From an uncultured Acidobacteriota bacterium (GTDB lineage Bacteria; Acidobacteriota; Terriglobia; Acidiferrales; UBA7541), in the NCBI GenBank assembly GCA_963729815.1, contig CAVSPU010000001.1, positions 247,075-271,074 on the forward strand: DNA of 24,000 nucleotides, in the 5' to 3' direction. Each line of letters opens with the position of its first letter. Position 1 is the stretch's first letter. The notes under the pieces are model-generated. The model ran no database searches. It was given only the letters and a program-made list of their open reading frames with translations, and had not been told where the DNA came from. Below, in pieces: positions 10,874 to 18,800 of this stretch. Both the position numbers and the translations under genes were made by a program.

Positions 10874-11923
10874 TTAGTTCGCCGCGCTGTCACTCGGGAG
10901 CTTTCCCGCCGATTCGATCACTTCCTTGGCAAGATAATTGACCACGCGGGCTTGGTCGCGCGCCGAAGCCACGTATGCCGCGCGGAGCAACTGTTCGCGC
11001 CGATTCTGCAGCGTCGTGCGGATCGTCTGCTGCACCTGCGGGTCGGAAAGCAGACGCTGGCCCGCCGGCTCGCGCGCGATCAGCTTGATAATGTGATAGC
11101 CATCCTTCAGCTCTACCGGCTTACTCACCTGGCCGGGCTGCAGGCCCAGCACGGCGGTCTTGAGCGCGGCGTCGGTCTGATTGAGCGAGGACTGGGGAAT
11201 GAAACCCAAATCGCCGCCGTTCGAGGAATTGGAATCTTCCGAGTAGTCCATGGCTTCTTGCGCGAAATCCGCTCCGGCGGCAAGCTGCGACTCGAGCATC
11301 TCCACTTTGCGCTTCGCTTGTTCGAGAGTTGTCGCGTCGTCATTCTTGCGATTGTGAATTCCGGGGTCGGGGTGCGGCGTCACGACGATCTGCGCGACGT
11401 GGTACTGCGGCTCGGTGACGCTGAACTGCGCCTGATTCTTCGCGTAAAAATCCGCGACATCCGCATCGGAGACGGTGATCTTCGCAACCACTTCGCGATT
11501 CAGCAATTTCTGGATCGATAGCTCTCGCCGGATTTCCTTCTTCAGGTCGTCGACGGTCAGTCCGTTTTCCTTGAGCTTGCTCTGGAACTCATCCTCGGTA
11601 AACGGCGCCTTCGACTGATTGAACTTGTCCTGAACTTCGCTGTCGGTCGCGATCAGATTCAGCGTTTTCGCGCGTTGATACAGGAGTTCGTTGTCGATCA
11701 ACTGATCGAGAATGCTCAATTTCAGCGAGAGCGCTTCGTCATGCGACGGCACGGCGCCTTGCGCCTGCACTCGGCTGCGATAGTATTTCTCCACGTCGTT
11801 GCGGTCGATCTCCGCCCCGTTCACCGTTGCCCATACATTCTGGTTCGGTGCTTGCTGGGTCCGGCAGGAAACCGCCAGGACGCAGGCCACGAAGGCCGCG
11901 AGGAGTGCTGGTTTCTTCAACAA
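10874..11923 (-). CDS. SurA-like peptidyl-prolyl isomerase (parvulin domain), predicted lipoprotein
   Basis: SurA-N-like helical region plus parvulin core (GGDLGFIPQSSL...KDGYHIIKL). The 398-aa track ORF would overlap rpmB. A TTG at 11923-11921 has a perfect AAGGAG (11936-11931) 7 nt upstream. It yields M/LLKKPALLAAFVACVLAVSC, a textbook lipoprotein signal with lipobox. Confidence 0.8.
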   Translation of the reverse strand: MLKKPALLAAFVACVLAVSCRTQQAPNQNVWATVNGAEIDRNDVEKYYRSRVQAQGAVPSHDEALSLKLSILDQLIDNELLYQRAKTLNLIATDSEVQDKFNQSKAPFTEDEFQSKLKENGLTVDDLKKEIRRELSIQKLLNREVVAKITVSDADVADFYAKNQAQFSVTEPQYHVAQIVVTPHPDPGIHNRKNDDATTLEQAKRKVEMLESQLAAGADFAQEAMDYSEDSNSSNGGDLGFIPQSSLNQTDAALKTAVLGLQPGQVSKPVELKDGYHIIKLIAREPAGQRLLSDPQVQQTIRTTLQNRREQLLRAAYVASARDQARVVNYLAKEVIESAGKLPSDSAAN

Positions 11924-11961
11924 GGAGGAACTCCTTTGAGTGGCGAGATAGGAGGACAGGT

Positions 11962-12153
11962 TCAGGCAGCTTTCTTGACGCGGCCGGCTCGGATGCACGC
12001 GGTGCAAACGCGAATATGTTTGCGCGCCCCGTCGACGAGGGCCTTCACGCGCCTTAGATTCGGATTCCACCGGCGCCGGCGCAAATTGTTGGCGTGGCTG
12101 ACGACGTTTCCATAACTTGGCTTCTTGCCGCAGATTTCACATGCGAGTGACAT
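11962..12153 (-). CDS. rpmB: 50S ribosomal protein L28
   Basis: 63 aa: [33 protein letters not shown]... matches the L28 signature (C.v.Gk.p..Gn.vSHa.n.t.Rr..PNl). GGAG lies 5 nt upstream of the ATG. Confidence 0.9.
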   Translation of the reverse strand: MSLACEICGKKPSYGNVVSHANNLRRRRWNPNLRRVKALVDGARKHIRVCTACIRAGRVKKAA

Positions 12154-12271
12154 TGATGCTCCGCCTTAAAGGCATTGAATGAAGGCATTATCCTATCAGA
12201 GATTCTCCGCGCCGCAAAGCCGGCCGCTCGATCGTGTTTTCGTTTCACAACTCAAGAGTGGCTATACGCGG

Positions 12272-12310
12272 TCAGAAGAAACGGAAAGCCGCGCGGTGGG
12301 CGGCTTTCTG
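12272..12310 (-). terminator. Probable intrinsic terminator downstream of the DinB-family gene
   Basis: 9-bp stem GAAAGCCGC / GCGGCTTTC (12284-12292 / 12300-12308) with a 7-nt loop. On the minus strand it is followed by CGTTTCTTCTG, an imperfect U-tract. Confidence 0.5.
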
Positions 12311-12369
12311 TTGCCGATTGCGTGCAGACGACTCACCAATCAAGCGGTTACGCGGCGGCTACCGGACGG

Positions 12370-12906
12370 CTACGCTGCGCCCGCAGCGGCTGCCGGCTGG
12401 AAGGGCTCGTCGTAGCTGCCGCCGTAAATCGACGGCACCTTGGATCCCATGGGCCGCAGATACGTGGCCAGCGCGCCGCGATGATGAATGTGGTGGTTGT
12501 TCAAGAATCCGAGATACATGACGGCCGGGAAGTTGAAAACGCCATAGAAGTCGAGTGGCGTGCACAACTGCTCCGCCGATAGGCCGGCAACGCGGCCGGC
12601 CGCGCGTTTGAAGTTGGTGCTGTACCATTCGACCAGTTCCGCGACGTTCTTTGGTTTTTGTTCCGGCGTGGCCATGTCGAACTTGAGTTCAGCAATCCCG
12701 TCGAGAAACTGAACGTCGGTGTTCGCGATATGCCAGGCCAGTTCCCATGCCGTACGCGCGTTGGGATCGGGACGGTAATCCGCCTTGGAGTCTGGGACGG
12801 CGGCAAGAACCTTCTTCGTGATTTCAAACTCACGCATAACACCGTCGAGCATGAGTGCTCGAAGGCCAAGAGCAAATTCTGGAGACAAAGTCTGTTGTTC
12901 AGGCAT
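12370..12906 (-). CDS. DinB/YfiT-like superfamily protein (four-helix-bundle metalloenzyme family)
   Basis: 178 aa. His-containing helices fit the DinB_2 pattern (TAWELAWHIANTD ... NNHHIHHRGALATYLR). Strong GGAGG SD lies 5-6 nt upstream of the ATG. Confidence 0.75.
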   Translation of the reverse strand: MPEQQTLSPEFALGLRALMLDGVMREFEITKKVLAAVPDSKADYRPDPNARTAWELAWHIANTDVQFLDGIAELKFDMATPEQKPKNVAELVEWYSTNFKRAAGRVAGLSAEQLCTPLDFYGVFNFPAVMYLGFLNNHHIHHRGALATYLRPMGSKVPSIYGGSYDEPFQPAAAAGAA

Positions 12907-13021
12907 TTTTTCCTCCGTGCGGGTCTTCTCTGGCTTTCCTGCTTAGGCTGGAACCTTCCTCTTTGGACTACAGGAATGCCAGCGATTGTACACCTAATTG
13001 GGGAAGCGCATCTTCGCTTGC

Positions 13022-13058
13022 CAAAAGAAAAAGGCCCCGACAATAGCCGGGGCCTTTT
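13022..13058 (-). terminator. Rho-independent terminator of the radical SAM gene
   Basis: GGCCCCG / CGGGGCC stem (13033-13039 / 13048-13054) extended by A:T pairs. On the minus strand it is followed by TTTTTCTTTT. It sits 30-60 nt after the stop at 13087. Confidence 0.7.
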
Positions 13059-13086
13059 GTGATGTTGAACCGCTAAGCTGTGCTAA

Positions 13087-15306
13087 TTAGTCGCCGGCGA
13101 CTGTCTCCGCTTCGGTGACTTCGGGCTTCGCGGCGCCGTTGCCATTCCCGCCGTGCCCGTTCGAGCCGTTCCCGTTTCCATTGGCGTGGCCGTTCGTGCC
13201 CGAGATCTGAACGGGTGCGACGCCGGCGCCAGGGATGGCCGTCTTCATCGCTGTGAGCGAGCCAATCTGCACGACGCCCTCGGTCGGAGAAGGCTTCTTG
13301 AGGACCATCTCCTCGTAGATCGCCCGGACCTTGGCAGCTTCTTCCATGGCCTTGCGACGGCGAGCGCGGTCTTCCTCAGCCGCAGTGAGAGGAATATCGT
13401 GCTCGAGATGGCGAACGCGCGCCGCGTCGGCCGCATCCACGTTGAGCGAATGCTCATAATGCTCCAGGCTGACCTTCTTGCCCTTGGCGTAGATTTCGTG
13501 CCTGCCGTGCTCCTTGTACCACTGCGCGACAGTCGCGTTCTTGTGCATGTTCTCGATGATTTTGCGCCAGCCGATTCCCGTGTTGTATGCGCAGAAGGAA
13601 ATTTCACCCTGCTGCGTCGCGTACGGGATGATGCACATCTCCGTACGGCGGAAGTCGTAGTTGAAAAGGTCCTGGAACCACATACCGGCGACAAACAGCA
13701 TGTTCCACGGGTCTTCCGAGCGGCGCTTCATGGCGTCTTCGTAAGTCCGATTCGGGTTTGTGCGCCCATACTTCTTGTCGGAGTCCTTCGAAACCGCCCA
13801 GGTCTTGTCGAACTTTTTCAAAAGGTCTTTCAACTTCAGGCTAGGCGGCGCTTCGAACGGGCTGTAGTTCTTGAGCATCGCCAAGACCATCATGAAAGCT
13901 GAGAACTTCTTGCCGCGGGCCGCGTCCGTGATCGCCGACACATCCTTCACAAGCTGCGGACAGTCGAGGAAACGCGGGATCGGCGCCCACTCCTTCGTTT
14001 CCTTGTGGACCATCATGGCCGTGCCCACGCCGCAGTTCGGATGGCAGCCACAGGAAAGCGCGCCCCACTGAGCTTCTGGCCCGTGCACCAGGTCCGCAAA
14101 GCTGGCAAACGGTGAAATGAACGACAGCGGGAACCAATCGCGTGTCGGCTCGACTTTCCCGATCTGCGCGCTGACGTCCTTCGCCAGGTGCGAAAGCGTG
14201 TACCGCTGGCGCATGCGGCGCTCGGGCGTGATGTCTTCGTCGCGGCCCGTAAATGAAACGGGCTGGAAAGACACAAACGCGATTTTCTTCGGGTTTTCCA
14301 TCGCGAATTTGACGATCGGGCCAACCTGGTCGTTATTGACGTTATTTACGATCGTCGTCACCAGCACGATCTCTATGCCCGCCTCATGCATGTTTTCGAT
14401 GGCGCGCAGTTTCACGTCAAATAGATTGCCGACCTGCCGATGGCCGTTCGCGTCGTTGCCGATGCCGTCGAATTGCAGATAGGCGTAGCGAAGGCCGGCT
14501 TCAAAGGCCTTCTTCGAAAATTCCTTGCTCTTGGCGAACTCGATGCCGTTCGTTGCGGCCTGCACGCTGTTGTAGCCCACCTTGCGGGCATAACGCACGG
14601 CGTCAAGGAAGTACGGGCTCATCGTCGGCTCGCCGCCGGAGAACTGTACGGACATTTGGCGGCGCGGCTTGATCTTCGTTGCGTTCTCCAGAATTTCCTG
14701 GATTTCTTCCCAGCTCAATTCATGAACGTAGCCAACCTGATTGGCGTCCATGAAGCAGGGGTCGCACATCATGTTGCAGCGGTTCGTGAGGTCGACCGTG
14801 AGCACCGCTCCACGGCCATAGCGAACCGTGCTGGAGCCGTGGCGATGGAGATCTTCGTCATTGTGCGCGGGAATATCGCGGCCAGGGAAATTCTTCTCAA
14901 TCCATTCGAGGAATTTCGCGTCGATGGCCATCAGGTCTTCGCATACGCCATGGATGGGGCATTCTTTCACCATCCAGACCTGGCCGTCGCGCTCCACAAT
15001 CTGCGCCTTGATCTCGCCGACTTTCTCATGGACGAGATCGGTCCAATCTTTTTTGCCGCCGATGATGGCTTCGCGCGCGTCCTTCACGCAACCCGGACAA
15101 AGAGAATCCGTGGTGCGCGGCCAGCCGAGCGTCGGCTTGCTCTTCTCCCATGATTTGAGCATGGGCTTATCGGACCACTTTGGCGTGAACGCCGGATTCG
15201 GGTTGTGCTTGTTGAAATACTGAATGCTATTGAAGGTGACGGTGGCCGCTTTGCACAGCGCCCAGTCAAATGATTTCCAGATGCGGTTACGAACCGTAAT
15301 GGGCAT
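13087..15306 (-). CDS. Radical SAM enzyme with N-terminal Cys-rich (rubredoxin/zinc-ribbon-like) domain; tetraether lipid synthase (Tes / GDGT-MAS, MJ0619-type)-like
   Basis: 739 aa. LCPGC...x42...CPIHGVC is followed by the radical SAM cluster motif CNMMCDPC (nt 14755-14778), SGGEPT, LQFDG and FQPVSFTGR. Further Cys clusters are SCGCHPNCG and MCIIPY...FCAYN. GAGG SD lies 8 nt upstream of the ATG. The radical SAM call is solid; subfamily assignment is from remembered motif architecture. Confidence 0.85.
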   Translation of the reverse strand: MPITVRNRIWKSFDWALCKAATVTFNSIQYFNKHNPNPAFTPKWSDKPMLKSWEKSKPTLGWPRTTDSLCPGCVKDAREAIIGGKKDWTDLVHEKVGEIKAQIVERDGQVWMVKECPIHGVCEDLMAIDAKFLEWIEKNFPGRDIPAHNDEDLHRHGSSTVRYGRGAVLTVDLTNRCNMMCDPCFMDANQVGYVHELSWEEIQEILENATKIKPRRQMSVQFSGGEPTMSPYFLDAVRYARKVGYNSVQAATNGIEFAKSKEFSKKAFEAGLRYAYLQFDGIGNDANGHRQVGNLFDVKLRAIENMHEAGIEIVLVTTIVNNVNNDQVGPIVKFAMENPKKIAFVSFQPVSFTGRDEDITPERRMRQRYTLSHLAKDVSAQIGKVEPTRDWFPLSFISPFASFADLVHGPEAQWGALSCGCHPNCGVGTAMMVHKETKEWAPIPRFLDCPQLVKDVSAITDAARGKKFSAFMMVLAMLKNYSPFEAPPSLKLKDLLKKFDKTWAVSKDSDKKYGRTNPNRTYEDAMKRRSEDPWNMLFVAGMWFQDLFNYDFRRTEMCIIPYATQQGEISFCAYNTGIGWRKIIENMHKNATVAQWYKEHGRHEIYAKGKKVSLEHYEHSLNVDAADAARVRHLEHDIPLTAAEEDRARRRKAMEEAAKVRAIYEEMVLKKPSPTEGVVQIGSLTAMKTAIPGAGVAPVQISGTNGHANGNGNGSNGHGGNGNGAAKPEVTEAETVAGD

Positions 15307-15514
15307 GGCTCGAACCTCGCTTTCCTCAGAGTTAAGAAGACCCTATAACAACTGACAACTTTGAATTTTGGCTATCACAGCGAAGCCGTCCATCCCCCAA
15401 GTCCCCGGACAGGCAGCTCCCCTAAATCTTTACCACGCCATAGTTTGCAGGCTTTGGGACGGTTCGTCCAGCGCAAACAGCCAAGCGGTTGTTTTAGGGG
15501 TTAAGCGGCAGAAT

Positions 15515-15538
15515 TGGGCAGCCAATGGGGCGGCCAAT
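15515..15538. repeat. Tandem 12-nt direct repeat TGGGCAGCCAAT / GGGGCGGCCAAT (10/12 identical); partial third copy CAGCCAAG at 15478-15485
   Basis: Read directly in the 523-bp divergent intergenic region. The roughly one-helical-turn periodicity is what winged-helix response regulators use, but no regulator gene is nearby. Confidence 0.4.
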
Positions 15539-15561
15539 ATGCCGGCGCCACTCATCCCCAC

Positions 15562-15617
15562 GGGGGCAAATGGCTGGACAAACCCGCATGGAGCCCGGTT
15601 CGCCCCCTTTTCTTCAC
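15562..15617 (+). terminator. Terminator-like long hairpin plus T-tract inside the intergenic region (possible sRNA 3' end or attenuator)
   Basis: GGGGGC (15562-15567) pairs with GCCCCC (15602-15607). An inner GGCT/AGCC helix sits at 15572-15575 / 15592-15595. The structure is followed by TTTTCTTC. The loop is large, so stability is uncertain. Confidence 0.3.
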
Positions 15618-15829
15618 CTTCCCTTGGGGTTCAACTTCAGAGTGTCGATTCATTCTCTCGTAACACAGACGATATGAAACCGTAACGTTCAGACCACAGA
15701 ATGCCCCGGCTTTTGACGACGCGCTTCGAAAAGGGCAGTTCAGGGTGCAGATATTCACAGGTCGGCTTGACGCTTCGCGCAACTGGTAGTAGAAGCACAA
15801 ACTATCTTGCCGGGTGGGAGACGAAACTC

Positions 15830-18800
15830 ATGATGCTGAAAATTGGCCGATTTGGTTTCGCGGTACTGTTCGCGCTGCTGTGGACGAGCATGTTTGCGCC
15901 GATGGCGCTGCGGGCGCAGCAAACCCTCGGCGCTATCAATGGAACCGTTACGGACGCTTCGCATGCCGTGATCGGGAAGGCGACAGTGCAGGTGAAAAAC
16001 CTGGGGACAGGGCTCACGGTGGACGCCACGACACAATCCGATGGCTCCTACAACATCGCCGATCTGCCGATTGGGACGTACAGCGTCACGATCTCCAAGC
16101 AAGGCTTCAAGACCGAGGTGCACTCGGACATTTTGATTCGTGGAAATTTGGCCACGACGGTGAACGTGACGCTGCAGCCAGGCGAAGTGTCAACGACCGT
16201 TACGGTGAGCGGAACTCCGCTGATGAACCAGACGGACACGACGAATGGCTACACGCTGGGCGCTGAGATTATCCAGAACACTCCGCTCGGCACTGGCAGC
16301 TTTACCCAGCTCGCCATTTTGGCGCCTGGCGTCAACGCTGATCTGCTCAGTGGTTCCGGAACCAACGCCGGCCTGGGGAATCAGGACATTTTCGCGAATG
16401 GCCAGCGGGACACGAGCAACAGTTTCAGTTTTAATTCCGTGAATGCGAACAATTTATTTAATGGACAGTCATCGAGCGCGGTTGGCGAATCGCGCTATGT
16501 ACTGAACACCAATGAACAATTCCTAGCCGGTGGCCAGATTCAGACAAATACCTCCGTCTACGACGCCATCGGTCAGGGGTTGCCGACGCCTCCACAAGAG
16601 ACCATCGAAGAACTTCATGTGAACACTTCGATGTACGACGCCTCACAGGGTGCCAATAGCGGCGCGCACGTCGAACTCACGACGAAATCGGGCACCAACG
16701 ACATCCACGGAGGTCTCTATGAATATCACCAGACTACCGGATGGGATGCCGCTCCTTTCTTCTTCAACGCCGCGGGTATAGACCCGAACACCGGAAAGCC
16801 TCTCTTGCCTCGGCCGGCATTGCATCGCAACACGTTTGGCGGGCTGATCGGCGGACCCGTGATCAAGAACAAACTCTTCTTCTTTGGTTCCTATCAGGGA
16901 GTTCGTGTGACCGACGCCTTCAGCGGTGCCACAGCCATTGTCAACGTGCCCACAGGTCTTACAAACGACCGCAGTGCCGCCACGCTGGCCGCTCTCGCCG
17001 GGGTTCCGCAGGGCAACATTGACAACGCGGCTTTGACAGTATTGCAAGCGAAAACGCCGGGTGGGCAATTACTCGTGCCTTCCCAAAACATTACAAATGT
17101 GAACGAGATCAACGTGCTCGGCGGTAATGCCGTCGAGCAAGGTCCGCCTAGCACGTTCAACGCGGACCAAATCAATGCCAACATGGACTACGACTTCAGC
17201 GCCGAGGACCGCATTTCCGGCAAATATTACTACCAGCGGAATCCTTCCACGAGTCCGTTCGCGGTCAGTCAGGTTCTCGGGTTCCCTCAGTCTCTCAATG
17301 CTGGCAGCCAGGTCTTTTCACTCGACAATACGACTGTGCTGACCCCCAATACAACTTGGGAGCAGCGCCTCGGCTTTATCCGCGAAGTTGCCGACGCGGC
17401 TACCAGCCAGCAACTGACGCCTACTACTGCCGGAATCAATTTGCTCGGGAGTACGTACTTCCCCGGCATCACAATCAGCAACGCAGGTTCGGGCACCGGA
17501 AGCGAACTGCGTATCGGTCCAGCGAACAATTTTGCGAACGCAGGAGTTTTCCAGAATCAATTTGAAGGAGGCACGAACTACGACTGGGTTCACGGCCACC
17601 ATGACTTGTCGTTTGGAGGCGTTTTTGATTACGGACAACTCAATGTCATCAACCGCGAAAATCAAGTTGCCACCTTCGATTTCAGCAACTTCGCGAACTT
17701 CCTGACAGGGGACCTGGGCGGCAGAAACGGTGGCACCATTCTGAACGGTGAAACGAACCGCTATTTCCGTTCGAAGCAAGCTGGTCTGTTCGCTCAGGAT
17801 CACTGGAAGTTGAAGTCAAACTTGACCGTCGATCTTGGTCTGCGCTGGGATTGGGACGGGCCGCTCTACGAAAAGAATGGGCTGCTCACCAACTTCTATC
17901 CGAGCAACTACTCTTACGACCTGTCCACCGACACAATCAATGACATCGGCTTGGTAATTGCTGGAAACAATAAAGAGTTCTGTGGGACAAAGTCGAGTTT
18001 CTGCACCAATGATTCCACTCTCACCGGGCGGCAGTGGATGTTTGAACCGCGGATTGGGCTTGCGTGGAGCCCCACGTTTGTGAAGAACGTCGTCGTGCGG
18101 ACAGGCTTCGGACTTTACGCTGACCGCGGTGAATTTTTCACCGAGTTTTCACCGAGCGCGGGCTTGGGAATCAGCGGGCCCTTCGGTGTGACCACCGAGG
18201 AACCGTTCACAGTTCCGGTTCACGCGAGCTGCTCGGGCGTGCAGTGCTTGCAGAACAATCCGTTCGGCACCGCGCCTCTGACACCTCCGCCGAGCAATCT
18301 TTCCGGAGTCGCGGGGCTGGTTTACAACCAATCCGGCTTGAGCGGCTGCCCGGAGCCGGTGACGCCGACGTGCACGCCAACCGGGACGCCTCAATTTGCC
18401 TTTCTCTTTGGTGGTTATGATCCGAAAAACACTCTGCCCTACTCCGAAAATTGGACGCTCGACCTACAGTGGCAGCCCTACAACACGCTTCTTTTTGACT
18501 TGGGCTATGTTGGCAATCACGGTCAGCACGAACTGATACCGGTTCCATTTAACCAGCCCGGAATTGCCACTCCGGGCAAACCCATCAATGGCCAGATCTA
18601 CTCCTACGGCTTTCAGGCCACGGACGCGGACGGCGGATTTGGCGCGTTGCAAACCGAGCAAGTGATGACGACGATTGGAGAGTTCACGGGGGCCGACGGC
18701 AATACGGCCCTTCGAGTGCCTTACATTGGCTACAATCCGAACTCGAATTACTGGGAATCTGAAGGGATTTCAAATTACAACGCTTTGCAGTTCAATTTGA

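Noticed and set aside
12907-13021. Search for an acidobacterial/alphaproteobacterial-type LexA box (GTTC-N7-GTTC) upstream of the DinB-family gene
   Set aside because: There is no such direct repeat on either strand. This DinB is the YfiT-like metalloenzyme family, not DNA polymerase IV, so SOS control is not expected.
13153-15153. Plus-strand ORFs of 249 aa (13153-13902) and 237 aa (14440-15153) inside the radical SAM gene
   Set aside because: They are shadow ORFs opposite a 739-aa CDS with continuous conserved motifs. They have no SD and no motifs.
15395-15425. SRP (4.5S) RNA-like string CCCCGGACAGGCAGC
   Set aside because: It only loosely resembles the conserved CCGGAAGGAAGCAGC helix-8 motif. 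The GGAA tetraloop and the complementary 3' strand are absent.
15590-15607. tRNA T-arm-like GGTTCG sequence
   Set aside because: No complementary 5-bp T-stem, acceptor stem or anticodon arm can be drawn around it.
15480-15620. Possible cobalamin riboswitch upstream of the TonB-dependent receptor (contains GCCACT)
   Set aside because: Apart from a 6-nt B12-box-like core, I could not find the other conserved elements (GGGAA, GGTG..AA.TCC, CCCGC..CTG, AGCCAGGAGACCTGCC-type box). An Infernal scan would be decisive.
15368-15685. 105-aa ORF in the long intergenic region
   Set aside because: It has a TTG start without an SD. Its Ala/Pro/Gly/Ser-rich composition looks like translated non-coding GC-rich DNA, and there is no signal peptide or motif. 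The region is better treated as non-coding.
15701-15829. N-terminal 43-codon extension of the TonB receptor ORF
   Set aside because: A canonical signal peptide begins at ATG 15830, preceded by GGGAG. The extension is not signal-like.
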